From Perkinsela sp. CCAP 1560/9 (Eukaryota > Protista > Euglenozoa: Kinetoplastea), in contig CBFFSA010000014.1 in NCBI GenBank assembly GCA_965644495.1, forward strand, positions 124,001 to 188,000: DNA of 64,000 nt. The letters run 5' to 3'. The notes beneath the pieces were generated by a model. The model did not search any database. It was not told the origin of the DNA and was given only the letters and a program-made list of their open reading frames with translations. A program made the translations under genes and the position numbers. Shown piece by piece: positions 32,234 to 43,601 of this stretch (position 1 is its first letter; the number at the start of each line of letters is the position of its first letter).

Positions 32234-34192
32234 TTACCCCCTTAAGTTCTTCAACCCCACATTTCGGTGCAAATCCTTCGGGTCGTGCCCTTGAGCTAGT
32301 GAGAGACTACGTGTCTCGATGGGAATAAACGGGTTGTCGGGGCTAATCTCCTTAAGCATCCCTGGGCACGAGATCCGGTGAGTGTCCCAGGCTCTCCACT
32401 GGAGTATCTTACCACAATCAAAGCACCGAACGAACGTGTGCCGCTCCGCGTGACTCTCCCACAGCGGCAACGAAATCCCAACATCACACTCGTCACACCA
32501 GCGACTTTCTGCAATACAACGATTCCAGTGGGCGGACTCAAAATTCGGCGACGCGATGTTTGTTTTACAGTTACGGCAGTACCTCATTGGATTTGGATGC
32601 ACTATATTATAGAGCTCCTCAAAAGCAATCTTGGTCGGCTCATGTATCACCCCAGGTCGCTGGAGGTACTCCCGCAGAAGTGTTGGACTTATACACGGCG
32701 CCTCAAGCGCACTGAGCGTGCGCCCGAGACTGTTCACCTCCAGTACCCAGCGCGGGTCGAATTCGACATACTTCACAGGGCTGTGTGCCTTTTGTATCGT
32801 CAGCACGGACACCAGATCACGTGGAACCAACGGCAGTTGGGACATCTCCAGCGAAGCGTCTGGGTAGTCAGGGTGGTAGACCCGAATCCGCATCGCATGA
32901 ACCACCTCCTTCCGGTCTCCTTTCAACGGCAGTCGCACCGTGACACTGTGGTCCCGGACTTCGGTCACCACCCCTAGGTCCCCTGTCTCGATTGTCGTGC
33001 CGTTGCCATAGTTAAACTGCACCAGCTGGTTCACCTCTACGTCCAGCCGTCCGACAAACCCCACTGCCTGACGGCATGCCACCTTCATCAGGGACTCCTG
33101 GAGAACGCCTCCAATCTCGGTCAGCCGGAACCCTCCTTTCTCTCCACGATACAGGGGGGCGATTCGTCGGTGATACTCCTGAGTCGCTCGAAACCGCGGA
33201 AATATGGTGTAACACGCCCGTACTCCCCTGATTTTGTCCACAAACGGAGAGGGGGGAATACAAAAGGAGCGAGCCCCAACGAGAGAAAACGCCTCCACGT
33301 CCGCGTCGGTGAGACACCCAAAATGAGCCTTCTCCACCAACACCCCGTACGTATCCCGCCGTCGCAACGCCACCGTCTGCTCCAACGGAAAGGTCTCCCG
33401 CCACAGTGGGTGCTGGAACAGAAAACCCGTAAGCCCGGCCTCCGCGGTGGGGCTGAGCTCAAAAAAATTCCCCGCCACCACCAGCTGTATCCCCCCAAAC
33501 GGGAGATCCGGATCCCGCGCGGCCCGGGCGGTGGCGTCGAACGCCTCAAACAGCGCCACCGAGACCTCCTGGATGTCATCAATCACCACGACATCGACAT
33601 TCTCCACCGTCGGGAAGCACTTGAACAGCCTCTCCCGCATGTGCCGCCGGTGGCGCTCCATCATCGCGGTGAGCTGCTCCCTGCGGCCCTGGACGGCCCC
33701 GAGCCCTTTGAGGCCCAGCAGCGTGTGCAGGTGGATCCCGCGCATGTGCCAGGCCCCGTGGGCGGTGGCCCCGGTGAAGGCGACCCGTTTGTGGGCCACC
33801 GAGAGCAGCGCCTCCCCGATGCGTCGCGCGAGCCGGGTCTTGCCGCGGCAGGTGAACCCGGTGATGAAGAGGTGGTGGCCGCGGAGCGCGAGGGCCTCCG
33901 CGAAGGCCTCGTCCCGGGAGTACGCCCACGGGGGGGTGGGGTCGGTGGCGTCGGAGGGGAAGCCGTGCTCCTTCATGACCTCGTAGTGGAGGTGGTGGGA
34001 GGAGGGGGTGGGGGAGGGGGTGGTGGGGGTCATCGTCGTAGTCGTAGTCATGGTACTACTACTACTACTACTGGAACTCGGGGGTGGGGAGGTCGCGAGG
34101 GGGCGAGGAGAGGTGAGGAAGGGGAGAGAGGCGTGGGAGGCGCGGGAAGGGAGTGAGCGGAGTCGTTGTGCGGAGCGAAAGGCGTGGATCAT
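32234..34192 (-). CDS. Divergent mitochondrial PIF1-family helicase (PIF8-like) with three C-terminal zinc fingers
   Basis: Presequence; degenerate Walker A GFTCRGKT, VVVIDDI and PFGGIQLVVAGNFFEL; CxxC-x11/12-H-x3-C/H three times. Confidence 0.8.
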   Translation of the reverse strand: MIHAFRSAQRLRSLPSRASHASLPFLTSPRPLATSPPPSSSSSSSSTMTTTTTMTPTTPSPTPSSHHLHYEVMKEHGFPSDATDPTPPWAYSRDEAFAEALALRGHHLFITGFTCRGKTRLARRIGEALLSVAHKRVAFTGATAHGAWHMRGIHLHTLLGLKGLGAVQGRREQLTAMMERHRRHMRERLFKCFPTVENVDVVVIDDIQEVSVALFEAFDATARAARDPDLPFGGIQLVVAGNFFELSPTAEAGLTGFLFQHPLWRETFPLEQTVALRRRDTYGVLVEKAHFGCLTDADVEAFSLVGARSFCIPPSPFVDKIRGVRACYTIFPRFRATQEYHRRIAPLYRGEKGGFRLTEIGGVLQESLMKVACRQAVGFVGRLDVEVNQLVQFNYGNGTTIETGDLGVVTEVRDHSVTVRLPLKGDRKEVVHAMRIRVYHPDYPDASLEMSQLPLVPRDLVSVLTIQKAHSPVKYVEFDPRWVLEVNSLGRTLSALEAPCISPTLLREYLQRPGVIHEPTKIAFEELYNIVHPNPMRYCRNCKTNIASPNFESAHWNRCIAESRWCDECDVGISLPLWESHAERHTFVRCFDCGKILQWRAWDTHRISCPGMLKEISPDNPFIPIETRSLSLAQGHDPKDLHRNVGLKNLRG

Positions 34193-34629
34193 AGGCAGGG
34201 TGAGAAGAAAGGGGAAAGATAGTTTTGAAGATAAAGGTAGTTAGAGGTAAAGCTACTTTAGAGGTAGTAAAGGTAGTTAGAGTTAAAGGAAAGGGTATTT
34301 AAAGGAGAGAAGGACTTTTTTCAGTAGTCGAACATTTTTCAAAAAAAGTTCCCAAAGGGTTGACTATGGTTACGTCAACAGGAGTTATCCTCCGTCCGAA
34401 TTGGAAGGATGTGTCTGGGCCTCGACCGTTGTCGAATCTGTAGGTTCGTAAAGGTCGGGGGAGAATCCGTATTGGATTAGGAGGTTACGAAAGGTCTCCT
34501 TGACTATCTTGTGGTGGGAGGCTTGCCCCGGACCTTCTTGCAGTCCAGTGCGTGGACGCAGAACCCCTCATTTCATACCTTTTGTTTCATTGAACCAAAT
34601 CTATTTTGGGCTAGTTGAGTGGTTAATTG

Positions 34630-34835
34630 AACCACTTTTGGAGGCTGGATATGATGACATGTTGTACAGCTACGCTGAACTAGACGACTGTAATAACAGG
34701 GACCACATGAGTGAATTATTCATAATTTAATCGTTTTATGTTATCTTTTATCTGGGCATTGCCCCTCTGGATGGCCACTCCGAAGGCCTGATGACGTATC
34801 AAACGTCATCTGATGACGTTCGAAACGTTGTTGCT
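34630..34835 (+). mobile_element. Possible Penelope-like 3' remnant with degenerate hammerhead
   Basis: ORF end LLEAGY...NNRD, then CTGATGA...CGAAACGTTG. Confidence 0.35.
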
Positions 34836-34975
34836 TAAGATCATCTCAACGGTACATGATCATCTCAACGGTCTTGTACGGAACAGTATACGTTATGTGA
34901 GTACACTCGTTACCCAACAGCCAATACTCGTGACTCAGCAGATGAGTCCAACCATGTTAACTCGTATATTATATA

Positions 34976-37900
34976 CATCTCCTTAGTACGGATAGTACGT
35001 ACTAAGTACCGTATTATCCGTACTAAGTACGAAAGTCCGTACTTTTTTGAAAAATATTTTATGCCAAAGTGGGACCTTGACTACGAATTTCAATTAAAGA
35101 AAAGCTCATCTTTTTCATTGGAAAACAATGTTGGGATCGCATTACTTAAACTAATTTATTATTCCGTTACTTATAGCATTTTCTTTTTAATTTTCATTCA
35201 CTTTTCTCCAGCACCATGTCTAGGAAGTCAGACCGAGGTGAACAGGATGGAAGCGAGGTAACTCCCGAAAGAACGGTCTCTCGCACTCATCACGCAACGC
35301 CGTCTAGCGTTCTACGCGAGAGGGGGCGGTTCCCCTTTTTGCTGTCGTACGTTACTCGGCAAAATTTCATCACGACCATGATGCAATGCCCGTTGACGGT
35401 ATGGGGCATGAATGTCATTACAAATGCATGGCCCCTGGCTGCCATTTTGAATCTCATTGCAAGACTCGTAATCATTATTAACAACACCGTAAGCACTGCG
35501 ATCTTCGAATTGATAAGGAGAAACTTGACGCTGTTCAAATGGCTATGTCGTGTGAAAGGGAAACCGAACTTTACGCCACACGAATAGTACCCAGCATGCA
35601 CGCTCTCATGAGCACTCCTTCTCAGCAATTTCTTACTTTTGTTCGGTCGCTCCTGGAGCAATGGCCTCCAAAGGCTACCATTGAACAGTTTCTAGCCTTT
35701 TTCCCCAAAAAGACCGGAAAATTTCACGAATGTGAATCTGTTCTCGCCGATGAGTTATGGGAAATTTTCAAGTCGGACATAAGTGTACATACTTTGGGGC
35801 TTCCGTTGACGCTGGTATCGATCGGATGAAGGAGAACATATACTATTATGTGTGGTATATGTCGGCCCTGAGGAATATGTTCTTCCCCCTATGTACTCGC
35901 CTCAGTACAAGGCATTTGACGGGAAGCTCATGGCTGAAACCCTGGTGAACAGTATGACGATCAACATCGGATGTGAACGACTGAAAAAATTAAAGTTTTT
36001 AATGGTTGATGGAAGTGCTGTAAATCATGTAGCTCGCTTGTATTGCGAGGGACATTTCCGTGACATCTATGAGAAGACAGATTACATTGGAGTTTACAGA
36101 TGAAGGCAAAGACAAAGATTTTACAGAGTAACCACCCTCTCATTGGACTAATTTAGGGTGGTTTTTCGTAGTATTAAACTAAAATTTATGGAATCTTGTA
36201 ATACTATTCGAATGTATTGTTTTTGAATATGTTGAAATCATTGAGTGATCAAGGTGGAAGATGGGACTTTAAGGACAATATTTCATGCGGCATTAACTAT
36301 ATTATTCCATGGGCGATAACTGAAATTGATGTATGATGTTGATTGCGTACCTTTGTAAAAATATACAGCATTCTATACAGGGGGGGTCACGAAAAGAGTG
36401 GGGGGTCTAAAATTTGTACCGTGCGAGCTTTTAACCTAATTCCTTCGGCATTCAACAGATCTCGAAATTTTAAGACTACGTGAGTTATAACTACTTAGGC
36501 ATATAAGGTTGAGTGATAATGGTGAGTCGGCAAAAATAGGTTTTTTTGTTTTTTGCATATTTGGATTTTCTCATTATTTCATTATTGATCCCCCGTTTTT
36601 TTCTCGAAGAAGTCTGATTCGGGACGGGAAGCTCGTCAAAGTATTATTATACGATGCTTTCATATCAGATAATAGATAATCAAGCGCTTTTGGAATTGCA
36701 GCTTGTAGTTCCTTACGGTTTGTGGGGCGGAGAGTAAATTTTATGTGGTGATCCATCATGCTCCACAAATTTTCAATTAAATTTAAATCCGGCGACTTGG
36801 CAGGCCAATCAAGAATGCTGATACCCATGTCTCTGCCGACGCGGCGAGCGTGATTATGGCCCGGAGCGTTATCCATGATCACTGTTGCCGCTGGTTTACG
36901 CTTTAACCAGTTGTAGAAACCATTTCGTTTTGTCATGGCAGAGAGAAACGTTTCATTAGTGACCGTCTCATTCTCCGCAAACTCATGAAAACAGTGAACC
37001 TTGGGAACCCCCCATTCAAGGCTCACCGCCATCCAAATATGAACCCCCTTTCCTCCGAAATATTTCTCAACATCTTTTGGTACCTCAAGGGGTTCATCTG
37101 ACCTTTTGCAAATGTACCAAATATTGCGTGAGTGGTACCCGCATTTAAAAATCTTTTCATCCGTCCACAGAATACGGGCGTATTGAAAAGGGGTGAACCT
37201 CTCCAAACGATTTGCCAACTCCAGGCGGTCGAATTTGTGCTGAGGCGTGAGATGAGGAACTTTCCTCATTTTTCTGCTTATGTACCCGCTCCTTTTCAGT
37301 GATCTTTTCACAGACGAAAGAGAGCATGGGTACTTGGTTTGATCGAAGATGGACAGCCAATGGGACTACGTTGATTTTCTTCATCTACAATAGATTCTAA
37401 TATTATTCGAAACTCTTCATTATGAATCGCATTCTTACGTATGTATTTTATACGTTCTAACCCTCCTGTCTCCCGGTGGCGTTTAACCCATCGAGAGACA
37501 GTTGCTTCACTGCATTTCATAAGAGCAACAGTGTCTGTAATCGAACGTCCCTGGTTTTGTACCTCATGGACGCAAATTACACGTGTTTCATAAGTGATTT
37601 GTTGCGTCGAGAGGGTGCGCCTCTGGCGGCGAAGTGTTTTTGGCATAAAATATGTGTTAGAAAGAGTTAAGTGGTATTTTATTCATAGATTAATGGGCTA
37701 AAATGATAAAAAATGATAAAAATCCGATTTTTTGCAGAATTTTCAGGTAAAAAATTCAGTAAAATTTTATCATGACGTCATATCAGCTTCAGGGGCGGCA
37801 ACAATGGTGCCAGTAGTCTTAAAATTTCGAGATCTGTTCAATGCCGAAGGAATTAGGTCAAAAGCTCGCACGGTACAAATTTTAGACCCCCCACCTTTTT

Positions 37901-38360
37901 CGTGCCCCCCCCTGTATATTCAATGAAAATAGCTTCTAAAAGTTCTTAGATCACTTTCACTTTTCCTTTCCGTTCTCTTATACATTTTTTGGGCGGGTGT
38001 CGGCGATCACCTATTTGTTAGTTCATAGCAAGTGAGAAAATAGTGATAAATATAGAGTGTCTTTTGATTCAAATTTTTATGCCTTCACCGTATGCTTCTT
38101 CTATATTCCTTTTAAATTACTTCTATAATTGCTTTTATTTAGTGAGTGTTAGCATGTATGCCCTTCATGACAGAGGTTGCAGCCCTTCAGCGTCACATGG
38201 TACACTACTTCAGTGTGGTTTCTTTATTTGAAATTGTTAGACAAACTGCATGAAGTACGGACTTTCGTACTAAGTACGGATAGTACGGTACCTAGTACGT
38301 ACTAGTACGAAATACGGGGTCCGTACTACGTTTAGTACGAAGTTCCGTACTGCGGAGATG
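34976..38360 (+). mobile_element. Decayed hAT-like DDE transposon with GTAC-rich TIRs, interrupted by a Tc1-like element
   Basis: Ends CATCTCC..AGTACGGA are inverted, with AGTACG arrays. Broken ORF 35360-36103 has a CMAPGC...HRKHC finger, FGASVDAG and FLMVDGSAVN. Confidence 0.6.
36378..37914 (-). mobile_element. Tc1-like transposon, D,D32E transposase with one frameshift (37308-37646 plus 36574-37311)
   Basis: TA|CAGGGGGG ~100-bp TIRs; HTH, WTDEK, MDNAPGH and WPAKSPDLNLIE. Confidence 0.92.
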
Positions 38361-38452
38361 TATGTATATATCAACCGCACAAACGAACCAGTTTTCGAAG
38401 CAGAGAAGGGACAGACCGCGATGCCGCATCGGCGAAATCACGAAGACTGAAT

Positions 38453-39060
38453 TTGACGTGTCAGCTCCTCCGAGTGGACCCGGACAACGTTTTCGCACCC
38501 AACCTCCAACGCGCCGTTTATCCCATGTGGACGGAAACAACGTGGACTACTCGAGAGCGAATTTGGACGTTCCTCAATCAGTTTTGCGACCAAAGGCGCA
38601 TTCAACTGACGGCGTTGCACGTAATTTTATTTCTCGATTCCCTGGATGTCGCAGTAAAGGCGCACCTCACGTACGCACGGGGTCTCCATACGATTTACAC
38701 ACACATGAGCGAAGACAACACATCACTACAGATCTATGCGAAGGCGCTACAAGCGCAGGGAGGGTTGGAACCCCAACGGCGAATGGAGCCGCTAACTCCG
38801 TATTCGCTCCAGAAACTGTGCAGCAGTATCACGTACTCACAAGCAATGGCTGTGTTGCTATGTTGGAAAGCGGCGGCTCGGTGGACCGAATGCGCCGAAT
38901 TATGCCGCAAGAAATTCTTCAGCGTGTCGCCCATGGAAATAGTGATTTACTGGGGAAGAACCACAAAATTGACTCGACTCAATCCTTATCGCCCGTACAT
39001 AAATGCAGTAATCACGGGTCCGGGGACGCCGGAATTACCGTTACCATTTGGGCGCCCAAC
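38453..39060 (+). mobile_element. Tyrosine-recombinase fragment of a TATE/VIPER-like retroelement
   Basis: YAKALQAQGG..P...EPL, LLCWKAAARWTE (catalytic Arg) and TTKLTRLNPY; C-terminal HxxR/Y missing. Confidence 0.65.
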
Positions 39061-39248
39061 GCATTTTCTGCGTGGGGGCGGCCTTTTCTCCTGGGACAAC
39101 TCACATCTTTTGATGTGTATCATTCGTATTAACATACATTGTTGTTCTGAGAATAAGAACACGTTCTGGTTCTCAGAACCAAAGAACACTGTTTTCAGAA
39201 CGTCGAGAACACGTGGATTTAACTCAGCGGTCGTCATCTCCTCTTGAG

Positions 39249-39274
39249 AAAGATACAGTTTCTGTACCTTGTTG
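39249..39274 (+). other. Spliced-leader 3' segment at the 5' end of a LINE
   Basis: AAAGATACAGTTTCTGTACCTTGTTG, identical to 2834-2859 reverse-complemented. It is followed by AATT (no GT donor), a 39-nt UTR and ATG at 39314. Confidence 0.85.
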
Positions 39275-42200
39275 AATTATTTTCAATTTTGTACTAAACT
39301 TATCTCTCGGAGCATGTCCTCCAATGTTATCACATCTGCTCCCGACGCGCACGACGGCCTCCCTCGAGGACCTGTCAGCGCGAGGCAACAGAATTTCCAC
39401 TTCATCCAGAGTCGCGCGGTACCAGTGAAACTTCGACTCGCTTCAAGCGTTCAGTGGTCATATTTTCCGGATGCACACGCCGCGGCTGTCTTTCTTACCG
39501 ATAAGAAGTTCTTCTCGAGTGTACACACTGCCGAAGCTTCCCTAAACAAGACTCTAAAAACAGAGAACAAAAGAAGTGACGGGCTAGTCGTCGATAAATG
39601 CACAGTACAGAATGTTATGGACCATGGCGCATGCGAATACCTGGAATATAAAGAGAAGAAACCACCTCACCGCACTTTCCGCCACGCCAGCTGGACGTCC
39701 GCTTTTCACGACTCGGAGATGTGTCTCGACTCGCATTATTCGTCTCCCCAAAACTTAAGCAAGGCAGTGATGAAAAAACTAAACGGCGACAATGTCCCTG
39801 GACTGTCCCAGTATGAAATAAAACATGTAGCGCGAAGCACTGAGTCCACAAACGGGACTTGGCTACAACATCAAATCATCTACGATGCTGCATACAGGAT
39901 TCGGGAACAGCCAACAGGACCGGAAACCTCATCACAACCTACAAAGCCACGTCAACCATGCAACCACAAATGTCGCGACAAAAACTCATGCCTGCATGCG
40001 TGCTGTAAAGTCACCGCCGTGGTTAATCCGCCCACAGAAGCTACCGCCGTGGGACCGAATAGTACGGAAAGGGAGGCACCACTTGTCACAACAACGAACT
40101 CCATCCGTCACCATACGAATACGGAGACGCGAAGACCTTGCAAGCACACCTGTCGCGACAAAACAAAATGTCTACACAGTTGTTGCAAAATCGGTGTGCT
40201 CGTATCCAAAGACGAACTGATGGTACACCACGACTTGCATTCCGCACAGCCTCCAATGGATCAACCGGTTACACATACGAACTTTACCCCTGCCCACTCG
40301 ATCGATGCCCTCCCCGATATGACGACGATCACATGCACGAACACGGAAAATCGCATACACGCACATGCAATAGAAACTAACAGCTCGGAAAGGAGTCTCG
40401 CAAGACCAACACGACTTATGCCCCACACACAACCACCGCCACAAGGGAGCAACAGCGATCCTAACGCAACAGAGACGGCCAACCGGGACAACTACCGTCC
40501 ATGCAAGCATCAGTGTGGCAATAAGACTCTATGTAAGCACAAATGTTGCAAGGAGGGAGTCCGCATCAGTCCAACGGCGAATAGAAACCACTCATGGTCA
40601 TTGCGAAATCTAATTCCGTGGACATCGGCTTCCACGGATGTAACCGAAATTCCCACAGCAGAGACGCCAACCACGCGAACGGAGACCACGGAAGGGACCA
40701 TGGGAGAAATTCCACTTCCCAACACCCAGCCTCCCGGCACCGCCCCCAACGAACCGTCCCCCAGTAACGAAAATGACGTATCACGAGACGCAAGACCACG
40801 TCGTCCCTACAAGCATAAGTGTAAAGATAAATCGCAATACCAACACGCCTGCTGCCAAAAAGGCGCGCTCGTGAGAGCTGGAGAAATCGCCTGCTCTGCA
40901 ATATCCTGGACTGTACGAAACCTCCTTATACTCGATAGACCGACCCAACCGACCGCACTGCCTGCCCCCCAGGAAGTTCAACCATCCTCACAACCTGAGC
41001 CCCTCGCCGACCGCTTTCCAACAACCCCCGTCTCAGATTCTCCCCCGCATCCTGCAAACGCCGCACTGTCTACTGAACGACGCCCAGATCCGATCTCAGA
41101 CCGCTCATACCACTACGGTGCCCACACTATATTCCAACGAACCCCACGAACAAACGCATCGCATACCACACCACCCTGTCCACGCTCGGAGCTCGAGAGT
41201 TTGCTTGAAACATTCCGCACCATTCAAGGTGGACGTGCCCTGGTGCACTTTGACACTAGCCAATGGGATCTCACCATCTCAAGAATTGAAGGACGTTGCA
41301 ATGCATTCATGCACCCTCCTCGAAGTAAAGAAGACGCACTGTTCCAAGCTGAAGTCATCTCTGCCATCTTGGCTGTATCCGTCTACGAAACTGCGAAAGA
41401 GATTAACCCCACACGCGGGTTTCTACTTCGAACCCGAACAGGCAGGTCCAAACGTAGCTCACGCCCCCTTGCCATCGACCGTACCGTCAAGTCATTAAAT
41501 CTACACGTTCGTCAATTAAAACGATCACTGACCTTTATGCACGGCCCAGAGCGAAATGCCCAAAGAGGGAGGATAAAAGATAGATGGACCCACCATTGCC
41601 GCAGCCATATCATCAAAACGTTCGGGGGCCGCTCCGGGGTCAGATACCATAACCAACATCTTGTTAAAGCGTTGCCCTTCCATCTACTCGGTCGTCGCGC
41701 AGGTATTCAACGACATACTCAAATTCGGCGTATGCCCGCCGACATGGAAAACGGCCGTCACCCGACTGATCCACAAAGGAGGCGACACTAAACTCATGGA
41801 AAACTGGCGCCCAATTAGTCTTACCAGCTGTCTCGGGAAACTTTTTCACTCAATCATAAGTCATCGCATCCTCCGCCACGCCCTCGATTCTCACGCCATA
41901 GACACGTCGATACAAAAAGGTTTTCTCCCCCACATGAATGGTACTGTAGAGCACACTCAAGTTTTATGTGAACTCCTCGAATACCAAAGACGCCACAAAC
42001 GACAATACTGCCTAGCACAGTTCGACATCAAAAATGCTTTCGGGTCCGTACCCCATACTGTGCTGTTACAGGCTCTAAAATGGGCGCGCGTATCTCCAAT
42101 TATCGTTCAATACATAGAACAACTCTACGAGAAAGCATCCATCCAAATCAAGTGCGCTGAAGGTCTTACAAAACCCATCTCGATAGATCGAGGTGTATTG

Positions 42201-42610
42201 CAGGGCGACACTCTCTCCCCCATACTATTCAATCTTGCAATGGAGTTGGTTCTGCGTTTCGTTCGATCAAGCTGCCCACAATATGGGATCACATGGGATG
42301 ACAAAGAGACCTTTCTCAAAGCCTTCGCCGACGACCTTACCATCATTACGAATACCCCCAGGGAAATGCAAAATGCCACCAATGTCCTTGGAAAAGGCCT
42401 TTCCGACATTGGGATGAACCTCAACGTTAAAAAGTGCCGAATTCAGCACATGTCAATGACGCAAGACTCGGGTTATATGACTCGGCGTCCTCAGCTCACG
42501 ATCAATGGAGCTCCGATTCCCCAGATATGCGACAAAGGAAGCACCTTCTTAGGGATGACGCTTGCTCCAGGTGCACAACAAGGCAAGATTCTCTTCCAGA
42601 AAGGTAAAGT
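39249..42610 (+). mobile_element. Non-LTR retrotransposon (RLE-type, HERO/NeSL-like RT), internally deleted and 3'-truncated
   Basis: ORF from 39314 with four CxHxCxxKxxCxHxCCK motifs. RT frame from ~41585: APGSD, WRPISLT, IDTSIQKGF, FDIKNAFGSVPH, GVLQGDTLSP, AFADDL, FLG. Confidence 0.88.
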
Positions 42611-43276
42611 AACTAATCAGATAAACATTATTATCCCCCTTTTGGAAGACGGTACCTGGATTTCACCATGAAAAAAATTTCTTGTCAGATGTTTTTAAAA
42701 AATATGTAGCTTTTTTTCATTTTTTTAAAGACAGCTAAAAATATCGGGAACGTGTAGATCTCGAAATTGTGAACGAAAAAGTGCTATCATAACCTCCCTA
42801 GGCTCCTTCATGCAAAAAAATAGGGGGGGGGGGTGATTTATTCGTGTCCCGGGGTTTATACGTTTTGTACATAATCGTTTTTGTACATATTTTTGTACAT
42901 AATTCATAAGCCAGTTTTTCTTAACTGACTATGGGTCAGGAGCATTGTTGGAAATCTGTGATATGAGTCAGATCCTTTGACAATGTTGGGGCTTAGCGAC
43001 CCCCTCCTTTCCAGCTACGTCCACAGCAACGTTTATACTTTAATTTTTGTCGTAACTGAGTCTTTCTGTGGTTTTACTCGGTGTTATCTAAAACCTCGGT
43101 ACAATTATCCATGGATTTCACTCTACGCGCGCTATGAAGTCTAGTCAATTTTTTTTAGAAAACAAAACAACAGCAACTTATGACTTCTTTAGCAAGTATT
43201 ACTTGCTAAGACTATTACTTAGTAAGATGTATGCTTTATTTGCGTGTCGTACACCATTATTTTTCATTTTAATCTA

Positions 43277-43596
43277 CCGTATACCCCCCCCCAATAAGGT
43301 ACCCCCCCAGTAAGAGAGATTTGGCCTTTTTTGGGCTGACCCGCAGTAAGAGAGATTTGGCTTGGGAGCCCAACAGGAGGAGTATAGGGGGTAGGGGGTG
43401 GGTGTCTGCATGTTGGGGGCCTCGGGGGTAGCCCAAATAAGAGTTTTAACACGTTTTCAGAAGAAAAAATAGAAAAAATAGTCAAAAAAATTGGGAGAAA
43501 AGAGGAAACTGGCCAAAAAAGGTTACCCCCCTCAGTAAGAGAGATTTGGCCATTTTGACCCAAAACCCATTCTCTTACTGGGGGGGGGGTATACGG
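43277..43596. mobile_element. Tc2/pogo-like MITE
   Basis: TA|CCGTATACCCCCC ... GGGGGGTATACGG|TA; CAGTAAGAGAGATTTGGC three times. Confidence 0.85.
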
Positions 43597-43601
43597 TATT
43601 A

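Noticed and set aside
33170-34156. Long plus-strand ORFs over GC islands (also 4702-5490, 27361-27903, 54703-55794, 57284-58003)
   Set aside because: Antisense shadows of recognisable minus-strand genes; low stop frequency follows from GC content.
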